Shown: positions 1 to 9,069, numbered from the stretch's first letter. The stretch: DNA of 32,000 bases from Nitrosococcus oceani ATCC 19707 (GCF_000012805.1 NC_007484.1:2280001-2312000); one strand, 5' to 3'. A program made the numbers and translations. The notes: generated from the sequence alone by a model not told the origin.

Positions 1-1341
1 ACCTCCCGCAACCACCAGAACTAACGTTAATAACAAGGGGCGGTCAGGACCAGAAGGGAGGAGCGGCTGTATAGGCGGCTCCACAATTTTAAACTTAACA
101 TTATCTGGCGACTCTTCCACCCTTTCACCCATTTTCGCTGATTCTAGGCGGGTTAATAGTTGCTGATAGTTGCTTTTATAAACCCCATAGTCACGATTTA
201 GCTGAGCTAATTCCGCTTCTACCTTAGGAATAGTATCGACGAGCTCATGCAACCGTTCTACATCTTTCTCTAAGGCGCTAACTTCCGCTTCTTGAGAAGC
301 AATATTGGCTTCCGCTTCTGCCAGAGAAATCTGCATTTGCTGATAATAAAAGTTACCCCCCACTGCATATTCTCCCGCTTCATTAGCTTCTTCTCCTTCA
401 CCTTGCTGCTTCTGCGGCAAAGAAAATTGCTGCTCTTCTCTTTTTTGTAACATCGCAATAGTTTCTTTAATCGCCGAAACCTTTGGATGTTTATCCGTGT
501 ACTTGAGCAACACCTCATCTAGTTCCGCTTGCAAGGATTGAATACGCATACCCGCAGGACTACTATCTTTCGACGAGGTTCCTGTTCCACCTGTTCCAAA
601 TCCAAAAACCGGTTCCTCTCCTCTCAATTGACGTTTAAGTACATCCCGGCGCCCTATCGCCATATTAAGCTCAGTGCGCGCCGTACGTAAATTCTCTACC
701 GCAGTCTGCAAACGCTGATAATAATCGCCCTTTTCATTGGGCATCATGCCTACATGCTCCCGCTTAAAGTCCATTAACCTTTGTTCAGCAGTACGAAGCA
801 GTTTTTCATATTCTTTAATTTGTTGGCCAATGAACTGTTGAGCAGTATTACTATCTTTACGGGAGGCACCCATAGTGCTTTCCACAAAAATATTCAATAT
901 GGCCTGCACCACCCGCTGTGCAAGTTGAGGATCAGTATTTTCATATGCAATTGTATATAGATTATCTCTTCTCGCCCCTTTTATATGGATATTTTTTTCA
1001 AGCTGGTTAAGGAGTTTGATTTCCTGCTCCGGCGTGGTCACGGACAAATCCATATCGGTTTGACGGAGTACCTTTCCTAAATTAGGCCGGCTTAATAAAG
1101 TCTGAGTCATTATTCTAAGCCTTTGGTCTACATTAGGCTGAATAGCCAATCCTTTCAAAAGGGGGCGCAGTAGCGAATCAGTATCGACATAAACTCGTGC
1201 TGAGGATTCATATCTATCAGGCATCTGGATCACATATGTCCAACCCACAATCACCACCACCCATGCCATTAGAACGCCATACCAACGGTAACGCCAAATC
1301 CCGCACCAATAACTATATAGCTGTAACCACAGCTCATGCAT
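1..1341 (-). CDS. Polysaccharide chain-length determinant (Wzz/GumC type, PEP-CTERM-locus subfamily); N-terminus in window, C-terminus runs off the left edge
   Basis: Absent from the ORF track because no stop lies in the window. My own minus-strand translation from ATG 1341-1339 stays open for all 447 codons to position 1: MHELWLQLYSYWCGIWRYRWYGVLMAWVVVIVGWTYVIQMPDRYESSARVYVDTDSLLRPLLKGL...NIFVESTMGASRKDSNTAQQFIGQQIKEYEKLL.... It has an N-terminal TM helix followed by a long coiled-coil-like region, as in Wzz/GumC proteins. It starts 14 nt after the stop of the export gene, so the two are probably an operon. Confidence 0.8.
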   Translation of the reverse strand, partial: MHELWLQLYSYWCGIWRYRWYGVLMAWVVVIVGWTYVIQMPDRYESSARVYVDTDSLLRPLLKGLAIQPNVDQRLRIMTQTLLSRPNLGKVLRQTDMDLSVTTPEQEIKLLNQLEKNIHIKGARRDNLYTIAYENTDPQLAQRVVQAILNIFVESTMGASRKDSNTAQQFIGQQIKEYEKLLRTAEQRLMDFKREHVGMMPNEKGDYYQRLQTAVENLRTARTELNMAIGRRDVLKRQLRGEEPVFGFGTGGTGTSSKDSSPAGMRIQSLQAELDEVLLKYTDKHPKVSAIKETIAMLQKREEQQFSLPQKQQGEGEEANEAGEYAVGGNFYYQQMQISLAEAEANIASQEAEVSALEKDVERLHELVDTIPKVEAELAQLNRDYGVYKSNYQQLLTRLESAKMGERVEESPDNVKFKIVEPPIQPLLPSGPDRPLLLTLVLVVAGG

Positions 1342-1355
1342 GAGTCTTTATCCTT

Positions 1356-2012
1356 TTAAAACCAAGCCTCGGGAATAATCAGTATATCGCCCGGTAATAT
1401 CTCTACATTAGCGGTAATATCTCCATCTCTAATCAAATCATCCAACCGTACCGAAAACTGCTTTTCGCGGCCATTTGCCGTGCGAACGAGGGTTGCACTG
1501 TTGCCAGCGGCAAATTCCGTGAGTCCTCCTACCTCAATCATCACATCGAGCAAGCTCATATGCTCTTGATAGCTGAGAGCACTAGGATCAGCCGCTTCAC
1601 CTACCACCCGAACCTGTTCGCTAAAGCGTCCAATAAACTCATTTACTATAACGGTAACAATAGGCGCTCTCACATAACGAGACAAGATTTTTTCTATATC
1701 CCGGGCAAGCTCAGTCGGTGTCTTACCACTTGCCTGAAGATCCTCAACCAACGGTGAAGTTAGGCGCCCATCAGGGTGTACAATAATACTGCTTGAAAGT
1801 TCCTCGTTACCCCAGACAAAAATATCTACCTGGTCTCCAGGACCAATAATATAGTAAGGCGTCTGTCCTTCTTGAGCCGCTACAACAGGGGCCGGTGGCT
1901 TATTACTGGCACAGCCAAAGATAGCCGCTGCAATCAAGGATATGAGCAAGCACCCAATAAATTTATGGCTTCTAAGATGCATATAGTTGACCTTAACTTT
2001 TCCTGTATACAC
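1356..2012 (-). CDS. Polysaccharide export outer-membrane lipoprotein (Wza/Poly_export-like, PEP-CTERM-system associated)
   Basis: 218-aa ORF with a lipobox (LIAAAIFGCASN) and a Poly_export-type core (YIIGPGDQVDIFVWGNEELSS...HPDGRLTSPLVEDLQASGKTPTELARDIE; C-terminal ILPGDILIIPE). The true start may be the second Met at 1982 (MHLRSHKFIGCLL...). Confidence 0.85.
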   Translation of the reverse strand: MYTGKVKVNYMHLRSHKFIGCLLISLIAAAIFGCASNKPPAPVVAAQEGQTPYYIIGPGDQVDIFVWGNEELSSSIIVHPDGRLTSPLVEDLQASGKTPTELARDIEKILSRYVRAPIVTVIVNEFIGRFSEQVRVVGEAADPSALSYQEHMSLLDVMIEVGGLTEFAAGNSATLVRTANGREKQFSVRLDDLIRDGDITANVEILPGDILIIPEAWF

Positions 2013-2199
2013 TACAGAATCGTTACTGTTTACTTAAAATTCTGGTCGATTACCTACCGCCTGAGTGCAGCCTTGGCGGCTATCTCCCCCGCACAGTCCT
2101 AAATTCAGGCCACAAAATCAGTTGGGCCTAATTAAGTTCAGTTAAATATGGATGAATCCTGCCTAGGTCTCTTGTTCTAACTTCTTCCCACCCTGTCGG

Positions 2200-2698
2200 A
2201 CGAGGGTTCTTGGATCGCTCCAAGAACTTTCCTCGTTCAACACACCCTCCTCCCCAAGTAATAACCCATGTTGTCGCTCCCGTTCCAGCCGCTCCAGAGG
2301 CTAGGAGCGCCGCCGCGATGTCACAGTCATGGCTCGTTCGTCCCGAACGAGGGACAGATCCATCGCCATTTCACGCACGTCCAGCGGCAGCGTCTCTTTC
2401 ATATGCCCGCACCCTTGGGTGGGGCAACGCCCTCGTACTGCTCGGCGTACTTGGGGGTGTCGGATTTGAATCCTTCGCCCGTGACGAACATGTCTTTCAG
2501 ACCCGGACGATGCCAGCTGTCTTATCGGCCTAGGACTTAATCGCACAGCATAGACACAAAATAGCGTCCCGCTGCGTCCTTAGAAATCGTGATAGAGAGG
2601 GGCTCTGGCGGCAGACCGTTCTTGAAGTTCCAGTGGATATTCAGCGGATTGCTCGATTTGACCATGAACAGTTGGCCGTCCTTTATAGATACCTTAAC
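2200..2698 (-). pseudogene. Decayed tnpB (IS200/IS605 OrfB) relic: N-terminally truncated, internally deleted, frameshifted
   Basis: Minus-strand frames give VKVSIKDGQLFMVKSSNPLNIHWNFKNGLPPEPLSITISKDAAGRYFVSMLCD* (TnpB beta-barrel region; compare VSCNACGQWFVSLQCD in the intact copy). Next is GLKDMFVTGEGFKSDTPKY (the GIDLGLKD RuvC-I region with the Asp lost). Then come CPTQGCGHMKETLPLDVRE, a frameshift to WICPSFGT, and a frameshift to HDCDIAAA (zinc finger plus RuvC-III HDRD). The 107/90/81-aa track ORFs at 2210-2546 are fragments of these frames. The segment is visibly more GC-rich than its flanks. Boundaries are approximate. Confidence 0.7.
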
Positions 2699-2703
2699 CT
2701 CTA

Positions 2704-2740
2704 GGGAATTTTTATCTTCGCTGCGAAGATAAAAATTCCC
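2704..2740. repeat. Perfect 17-bp stem / 3-nt loop hairpin abutting the truncated end of the tnpB relic
   Basis: GGGAATTTTTATCTTCG-CTG-CGAAGATAAAAATTCCC read directly. It is followed (2741-2790) by an almost pure A/T tract with small palindromes (TTATATAA, ATTATAAT). No T-run follows it on either strand, so it is not a classic terminator. Confidence 0.9.
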
Positions 2741-2986
2741 TGTCTATTATATAATTAACTTAATATTATAATTATATAAATAACCCATTGAAAGCCTGAC
2801 CAGCGCACCGTCATCCCTATTCACTCGAATTTCTAGAATCTAGCAAGCCCGAAAATGGGAATCTGTACGCGACTATACCCCATGGTGTTACCCAAACGTA
2901 CTATTTATCGAAAAGTATGTTAAAGAAGCTGACTATTTTGTACGATAATGAAATAACGATACAACATAATATCCACACAATATTTC

Positions 2987-5803
2987 TTGAGGTTGCCCAT
3001 GCCGAGCCCACTAATAAGCCCTATGATCCTAATCTGCTCACTATTATTAGCAATTGCCCTGTTAACAGGCTGCAGCGGGGATTCCAACCTCACCCCCGAA
3101 GAGCACATCTCACGCGCCAAGGAATATCAGGATCAGGGAAAAATAAGGGCCACCATTATCGAATTGAAAAATGCCCTCCAGAAAACACCAGACAATCAAG
3201 AGGCGCGCTGGCTTCTAGGTCAAACCTACGTGAAAGCGGGTGATGGGCCATCCGCCGAAAAAGAACTAAAGCGAGCTCTCAGCCTCGGGTTAGCCTCCGA
3301 AGCTGCGGCTATTTATCTAACCCGCGCTGCCCTCTTGCAAAGAGAATTTCAAACTGCCATTGAAACCTCGACCGATTACCCTGCCCTTCCCGAAGATGAA
3401 CAGGCAGAGCTGCTAGCCCTACGGGGACATGCCTATCTTGGACTACGAGAACTTGAAAAAGCAGAAAAATCATACGAATCCGCCCTTTCCATTAACCCTG
3501 CTGCCCCGGAGGCCGGTTTTGGAAAAGCACGAATCGCCGCAGTGCAAAACCGCCTGGAAGAGACCCGGCAATGGCTGGAAAAAGTCCTTCAGACTACGCC
3601 AAGTTTCGCTCCCGCCTGGAGTCTGCTAGGTGACCTAGAGCGTTATCAAGGAAACGGGGAAGCCGCTGAACAAGCCTATGGGAAAGCCATTGCCCACCGC
3701 TTCAATAATGCCAGCGATCTGCTCAACCGGGCATTGGTGCGCATTTACTTGAAAGACTATGAGGGCGCGGCCAGCGATTTGGAAACGCTGAGTAAACGCG
3801 CGCGCAATCATCCAGGAGTAACCTACGCCCAGGGATTATTACATTTCCAGCAGCAGCAGTACGCTGACGCTTTAACAAGCTTCCAGAAAACACTAAGCAA
3901 AAATCCAGAATACATGCCTGCAGTATTCTACGCCGGTATCGCCTATTACCAACAAGGACAGTTAACGCAAGCTGGACAGCTCTTAAATCAGTTCCTAAAG
4001 CGTTTTCCCCATTCCGATACTGCGGCTAAGACTCTGGCCATGATACGTCTTCGCGAGGGCAACTATACGAGCGCCCAAGCTATCCTAGAGCCTATTATAG
4101 CCCAAAATCCCAATGATACTGCCGCCCTGGATTTACTAGGAAGCGCAATCCTAGGGCAAGGCAAGCCTGAAAAGAGCGCTGCCTACTTTCAAAAAGTCAC
4201 CGCGCAAACGCCAGAGTCGGCGGCAGCCTACATGAAACTAGGGCTTGGCTTCATGATGTCCGGGGAACATGAGCAAGGCATTGGCGCTCTGGAAAAAGCC
4301 ATCGAATTAGACTCTCAACTCCCCCAGGCCGACCGGTTAATAATCCTTGGCCACTTGCGGGCCCAGGAATTCGATAAAGCTCTTGCAGCGGCTAAACGAC
4401 TGAGAGAGAAACAACCAGACAGCCCCCTGCCCATAAATCTAATTGGCGCCGCCTATCTTGGCAAAGGAGAAGAAAGCAAAGCCCAGGAGGCATTTCGCCA
4501 AGCTTTAGAAATCGCTCCAGGTGATCCATCAGCGACTCATAATCTTGCCATGCTGGCCATCAAAAAGGGAAATATTGAGAAGGCCCACGCTCTCTACCAA
4601 GAAGCGCTCAGATACCATCCGGGTCATCTCAGAACATTGCTCAAGCTCAGTGCGCTAGAAGCACAGCAGGGCCATCCGGAGAAAGCAAAGAACTGGGTAG
4701 AGCAGGCTATGGAGAAAAATTCTAAAGCCCTAGAACCTCGGGTATTGCTAGCCCGTTACTATTTGGAGCAAGGTAGGCCCGCCCGGAGTCTTGCTATCAC
4801 GCGGGAAATCCAGGATCTTTATCCTGCTCATCCGGCATTATTGCTCGTGGTGGGAACGGCACAACTGGAAAACAGCCAGCTACGGGATGGGGTAAAAACC
4901 TTTCAGAAACTGGTGGAGGTCCAGCCCCAGTCGGCCCAAGCCCACTACCTTCTGGCCAAAGCTTATGCCACGGTAAATAATACGGATAAGCTCCGTAAAG
5001 AGCTCGAACAAGCGCTTAAACTGAACCCCAACCATACTCTTTCTAAAATCGCCATGACTCGCCTGCTGATGCAGGAGAATCAACCTGAAGCGGCTAATAA
5101 GCTATTCCAGGAATTAAAACAGGCCTACCCAGAACATCCGGAAGTGCTGGCCCAGGAAGGCTGGTTGGCCATGCGTCAGAACCGGCCTCAGGACGCAATA
5201 ATAGCCTTCAGGGAAGCACTAAAACGCTCCCCCACCAGTCAAATCATCGTCAATCTTGCGCACGCCCAACTCCAGGCGGGGAATCAAAATGAGAGCTTGG
5301 CGACCCTAGAGGATTGGTTGAAAAAGCATCCGGAGGATATGGTAGTGCAGTATAATTTGGCTAATCTCTATCTAGCACTTAAACAAGAACAGAAGGCAGC
5401 GTCAGCTTTTACTACAGTAGTCAAGCGAGCGCCAGATAATGTGGTGGCCCTTAATAACCTGGCCTGGCTGCTGCGCAAAAACGATCCGGCCAAAGCTTTA
5501 GAATATGCTGAGCGGGCTTTGGAGCTGGCTCCTAATGCACCACCCGTCATGGACACCTTGGGGATGTTGCTTTTAGAAAAGGGTGAAGCAAAACGCAGCC
5601 TACGCTTGCTCAGGAAAGCCTCGGACAGGGCGCCTGAGAACCTAACTATTCGGTACCATTTTGCCTTGGCTCTGGCGCAGAATGGAGAAAGTGCCCAGGC
5701 CCGGCAAGTGCTCGATGGGATCTTAGATGCAAAGCAACCCTTTGCCAAGAAAAAGGAAGCCCATGCGCTGCGTCAAACCTTAAGCAAATCACTAAATGAT
5801 TGA
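2987..5803 (+). CDS. prsT: PEP-CTERM system TPR-repeat lipoprotein
   Basis: 938 aa with a lipoprotein signal (LLLAIALLTGCSGDSN), then TPR repeats throughout (repeated A..Y..AL..P motifs). Size and architecture match PrsT of the PEP-CTERM/EpsH system. The start could be a downstream Met (MPSPL or MILICS). Confidence 0.85.
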   Translation: MRLPMPSPLISPMILICSLLLAIALLTGCSGDSNLTPEEHISRAKEYQDQGKIRATIIELKNALQKTPDNQEARWLLGQTYVKAGDGPSAEKELKRALSLGLASEAAAIYLTRAALLQREFQTAIETSTDYPALPEDEQAELLALRGHAYLGLRELEKAEKSYESALSINPAAPEAGFGKARIAAVQNRLEETRQWLEKVLQTTPSFAPAWSLLGDLERYQGNGEAAEQAYGKAIAHRFNNASDLLNRALVRIYLKDYEGAASDLETLSKRARNHPGVTYAQGLLHFQQQQYADALTSFQKTLSKNPEYMPAVFYAGIAYYQQGQLTQAGQLLNQFLKRFPHSDTAAKTLAMIRLREGNYTSAQAILEPIIAQNPNDTAALDLLGSAILGQGKPEKSAAYFQKVTAQTPESAAAYMKLGLGFMMSGEHEQGIGALEKAIELDSQLPQADRLIILGHLRAQEFDKALAAAKRLREKQPDSPLPINLIGAAYLGKGEESKAQEAFRQALEIAPGDPSATHNLAMLAIKKGNIEKAHALYQEALRYHPGHLRTLLKLSALEAQQGHPEKAKNWVEQAMEKNSKALEPRVLLARYYLEQGRPARSLAITREIQDLYPAHPALLLVVGTAQLENSQLRDGVKTFQKLVEVQPQSAQAHYLLAKAYATVNNTDKLRKELEQALKLNPNHTLSKIAMTRLLMQENQPEAANKLFQELKQAYPEHPEVLAQEGWLAMRQNRPQDAIIAFREALKRSPTSQIIVNLAHAQLQAGNQNESLATLEDWLKKHPEDMVVQYNLANLYLALKQEQKAASAFTTVVKRAPDNVVALNNLAWLLRKNDPAKALEYAERALELAPNAPPVMDTLGMLLLEKGEAKRSLRLLRKASDRAPENLTIRYHFALALAQNGESAQARQVLDGILDAKQPFAKKKEAHALRQTLSKSLND

Positions 5804-7067
5804 CTCCAGCACCGGGCCAATTAGCTCGATAAGCAAGCGGCGGCGAATACTTTTTTTTGCTGAAGCCGTGACATTGGCGCATGTGGCGCGGCCAGTGGCC
5901 CTGGCAAAGAATCTGAACCCGGCTCTTTATGAGGTTCATTTTGCGTGCGACGCAAGGTATCACAAACTACTGGGCAAGCTCCCATTTATCTGGCACCCCA
6001 TTCATTCTCTTGCTAGCGAAAAATTTCTTGAGGCGCTCTCCAAGGGCAGTCCCGTTTATAGGGCTGATACACTACGCGCTTATGTCAACGAAGACGCGAA
6101 GGTAATCAAGGAAGTAAGCCCGGATGTGATCGTAGGGGATTTTCGTCTGTCCCTAGCCGTTAGCGCGCCGCTCGCTCAAATTCCTTATATGACAATTGCT
6201 AATGCTTATTGGAGTCCGTATGCTAAACGGCGTTTTCCCGTACCGGATATTCCTTTAGCAAAGATAATCGGAATCAAGGCGGCACAATACCTGTTTAACG
6301 CCATCCAGCCCCTGGCCTTTGCCTATCATGCTCTGCCCTTAAATAAGATCAGGCACGAATATGGCTTACCCAAGATAAGCTTGGATTTACGCCATATCTA
6401 CACCTATGCCGATCACACACTTTATGCCGATATCCCAGCGCTGGCGCCGACCATCGATCTCCCCTCCGGGCATCATTATCTCGGTCCGGTTCTTTGGTCG
6501 CCCGCAGTCCCTCTTCCTGCTTGGTGGGAGAAAATACCTGCGGACAAACCCGTTCTCTATGTGAGCTTGGGCAGTTCTGGGCAAAGTCAATTATTACCGG
6601 AGATGTTAAAGGCGCTAGCCGATCTGCCTATCACTCTCCTGGTGGCAACGGCGGGGCGAATCAAACTCCCTAGCCCGCCAAAAAATGCCTTTATAGCGGA
6701 TTATCTTCCCGGCGATAAAGCAACAGCCCGCGCCAGCCTCGTGATCTGTAATGGCGGCAGCCTTATGACCCAACAAGCGCTCATAAAGCGTGTGCCAGTG
6801 TTGGGAATTGTCAATAACCTTGACCAGCACCTCAATATGGAGGCGGTGCAAAGCGCAGGCGCGGGCGAACTCCGGCGGGCGGCAAACGTGACCACGGCGC
6901 ATATTCTCGCCACCACACGCCAAATGCTAGACCAGCCTCGTTATGCTCAGGCCGCTACCCGTCTAGCGGACTTATTGTCCAACTACAACGCCTCCGATAA
7001 GTTTAACTCCATTTTAGGCCGGATGTTCTCGAGGAAATTATGCGCAAAATCGGTTTCAGCCAGATAA
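5796..7067 (+). CDS. GT-B fold glycosyltransferase, GT1/MGT (UDP-glycosyltransferase) family
   Basis: 423 aa. N-terminal ILFFAEAVTLAHVARPVALAK, central VLYVSLGSSG and C-terminal donor-binding region ICNGGSLMTQQALIKRVPVLGIVNNLDQHLN are typical of MGT/UGT-like GT1 enzymes. The ATG overlaps the prsT stop (ATGATTGA). Confidence 0.75.
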   Translation: MIDSSTGPISSISKRRRILFFAEAVTLAHVARPVALAKNLNPALYEVHFACDARYHKLLGKLPFIWHPIHSLASEKFLEALSKGSPVYRADTLRAYVNEDAKVIKEVSPDVIVGDFRLSLAVSAPLAQIPYMTIANAYWSPYAKRRFPVPDIPLAKIIGIKAAQYLFNAIQPLAFAYHALPLNKIRHEYGLPKISLDLRHIYTYADHTLYADIPALAPTIDLPSGHHYLGPVLWSPAVPLPAWWEKIPADKPVLYVSLGSSGQSQLLPEMLKALADLPITLLVATAGRIKLPSPPKNAFIADYLPGDKATARASLVICNGGSLMTQQALIKRVPVLGIVNNLDQHLNMEAVQSAGAGELRRAANVTTAHILATTRQMLDQPRYAQAATRLADLLSNYNASDKFNSILGRMFSRKLCAKSVSAR

Positions 7068-7720
7068 TTATATTTTTATCTTTCTTCACTGCCGCGCTTA
7101 TTCTGGGCATAGGCACCGCCTATTTATTGCTAGGCGGCTTGGAACTGGGGGATTTTCGTGGCATTGTTCTTGTCGTCGGAGCTCTTATCTTTGTGTATCT
7201 TTATGCTATCGCCCTTTACCGGCTTTTTTTGCGGCTTATGCCCCTGCAAGAAGGCGAGATCCCCGAACACTCGCGGCAAGAGTCTATTTACCATATCTAC
7301 CTTTTATTCTATCTGCTTCTTTTCTATCCCATCATGCGTAGCGGCTTGCCTCCCGCACCCCTCATGCGTGTATTTTACCTTGCACTTGGCGCCCGCTTGG
7401 GTCATAACACCTACAGTCAAGGGATTATTCATGATCCACCTTTTATACAGGTGGGCGCCAATACCCTTATTGGACAGAATACTTTATTAATACCGCATGT
7501 GATTGAAGGTAAACGGCTTGCTCACTACCCTATTCAGATTGGGAATAACGTAACCATTGGTGCTAACGCGGTTCTGCTGGCGGGCGTCAACGTGGGTGAT
7601 GACGCGATTGTGGCTACCGGAGCGGTTGTTCCCAAGGGAACTCAACTGGGCAGTGGCGAGGTGTGGGGAGGCGTTCCCGCCCGCCTGTTGCGTCCGCGGC
7701 AAGGAAGGCACCCAAAATAG
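7040..7720 (+). CDS. Membrane-anchored hexapeptide-repeat (left-handed beta-helix) acyl/acetyltransferase
   Basis: 226 aa. The N-terminal half has hydrophobic helices (IIIFLSFFTAALILGIGTAYLLLGG; IVLVVGALIFVYLYAIALY; IYHIYLLFYLLLFYPI). The C-terminal half has LbH repeats (IGQNTLLIPHV...IQIGNNVTIGANAVLLAGVNVGDDAIVATGAVVPKG). It overlaps the glycosyltransferase by 28 nt. Confidence 0.7.
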   Translation: MRKIGFSQIIIFLSFFTAALILGIGTAYLLLGGLELGDFRGIVLVVGALIFVYLYAIALYRLFLRLMPLQEGEIPEHSRQESIYHIYLLFYLLLFYPIMRSGLPPAPLMRVFYLALGARLGHNTYSQGIIHDPPFIQVGANTLIGQNTLLIPHVIEGKRLAHYPIQIGNNVTIGANAVLLAGVNVGDDAIVATGAVVPKGTQLGSGEVWGGVPARLLRPRQGRHPK

Positions 7721-8011
7721 TCGTCCAGAAATAAAGGTTAAAAATCTCCAGCCCACTCTGTACTTTATTAAGGTAAGTGCACAGCGAAAGTTGTAGCGGG
7801 CTTATGCGCAACCTGCAGCAGGCAAGGCTTCAGATTCCCCTGACTCCTTTCCAACAGACGGGGGAAATGTATTGCTTGCTCGGGGATACCCTGAAGTCAA
7901 CAGCAACCGAGTCAAAAACCTTTACAAATATAATAAAAACATAAATATCTCTGTGTATCAAAAAATATTATCTATTTGATTTCGAAAATTAATTTTAGTA
8001 ATGGCACAAAT

Positions 8012-8027
8012 TGTGCTTTAAGGTATG
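8012..8027 (+). promoter_or_regulatory. Sigma-54 (-24/-12) promoter upstream of the PEP-CTERM protein gene
   Basis: TGGCACAAATTGTGCT versus consensus TGGCAC-N5-TTGCW. GG and GC have the exact canonical spacing, with one mismatch (T to G at the first T of TTGC). It lies 50 nt upstream of ATG 8077. The cognate sigma-54 activator PrsR is encoded in the window. Confidence 0.7.
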
Positions 8028-8076
8028 ATACTCATTGAATAATTATCGCGAGTGTATTTGTAAGGAGGCAAAAATT

Positions 8077-9069
8077 ATGAAAAAGACAACATTCACAACC
8101 ACAGTCGCTCTCGGCATCTTGCTGGGAACCACCAACGCCCACGCGTTGCTTATCGATCCCGACGGCGGAGGAGGTGCTTTTAACGCTATCGATGTGCATG
8201 CCCTTGATTGGAACGCGGGCAGCGCCCTAGCGGTTCCAGATGAAGGGGGTTCTTTCAAACCGGACCAAATCGCTGTAGGCGATACCTTTACCCAGTATGC
8301 CCATGCCGAATTAAGCGTTTTTAACGATGCTAGCGGCAATGCCAATGGAACCTTTATCGGCTCCGGCGAGCAATGGACCTTTGTGCTCGGCTTTAGGGAA
8401 GAAGTCGTAAGCGTGGATCCCACCGCCCGTTCCGCCAGTTTTAGTGCGATTGGAGGAGGCACCAACTTCTTCGAAATCTGGTATGGGGACGATGACAATG
8501 ACAATCTGGAGGGAACAGGTTTTAATAATGGCACCAAGATCCTGTCTGGTACAGTAAGCAGCGGGACAAGCAACTTTGACAATGACGAAACCCTGGCGCC
8601 CTTCACCGGCGACCCTGGGGATGCCCAACCCTTAGATAATTTCGGCAATGATGATCGCCCAGGGATACGCAGCGTCACTGGTAGTGGAGGCGCCACAATT
8701 AACATTAGCGTTAGCAGCTTTGACTCGGCTTTCTTCACTGGCGCGATCAGCAGCTTAGAACTTAAGATGATAAATTTTGATACCAGCCTAATCGACCCTT
8801 TCAATAACACCAACCCAGCCGACTGTTTCACCGGTGCAGCGGGTGGGGGCACGGTTAACGCTGCTTGCAATGGCCCCAATAATATCAGTTTCGGAATGAG
8901 TTCTGGCGATATTAACGGCTTCAACACCACTAATTTTGAGTTCCAGCAAGATGCTATCTCTAACCTTAAAGTCACCACTACTACTGTTCCCGAGCCTTCT
9001 TCGATATTTCTGCTTGGCACGGGTTTAGCCGCCCTGGGCTTTGCCGGCACCCGCAAGCGCCGCCGCTAA
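8077..9069 (+). CDS. PEP-CTERM sorting-domain secreted protein (exosortase substrate)
   Basis: The C-terminus VPEPSSIFLLGTGLAALGFAGTRKRRR is a textbook PEP-CTERM signal (PEP motif, TM helix, Arg cluster), preceded by a Thr run. I moved the start from 8035 to ATG 8077 because of the AAGGAGG Shine-Dalgarno at 8062-8068 and the signal peptide MKKTTFTTTVALGILLGTTNAHA. The mature part is rich in Gly/Asn/Asp/Thr/Ser. Confidence 0.9.
   Translation: MKKTTFTTTVALGILLGTTNAHALLIDPDGGGGAFNAIDVHALDWNAGSALAVPDEGGSFKPDQIAVGDTFTQYAHAELSVFNDASGNANGTFIGSGEQWTFVLGFREEVVSVDPTARSASFSAIGGGTNFFEIWYGDDDNDNLEGTGFNNGTKILSGTVSSGTSNFDNDETLAPFTGDPGDAQPLDNFGNDDRPGIRSVTGSGGATINISVSSFDSAFFTGAISSLELKMINFDTSLIDPFNNTNPADCFTGAAGGGTVNAACNGPNNISFGMSSGDINGFNTTNFEFQQDAISNLKVTTTTVPEPSSIFLLGTGLAALGFAGTRKRRR

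Noticed and set aside
270-518. 82-aa minus-strand ORF
   Set aside because: It lies out of frame inside the long open chain-length-determinant reading frame (1-1341), which has a far more protein-like translation.
2210-2546. Three overlapping ORFs (107, 90 and 81 aa) in a GC-rich patch
   Set aside because: These are not independent genes. The minus-strand one contains the TnpB zinc-finger fragment, and the plus-strand ones are antisense to the tnpB relic. I treat them as part of a pseudogene.
8043-9056. 337-aa minus-strand ORF spanning almost the entire PEP-CTERM protein gene
   Set aside because: It mirrors the plus-strand gene, which has a strong Shine-Dalgarno, a signal peptide and an unmistakable PEP-CTERM terminus. 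The antisense frame is a low-complexity Pro/Ser/Leu/Lys string. It stays open only because of the codon bias of the Gly/Asn/Asp-rich sense gene.
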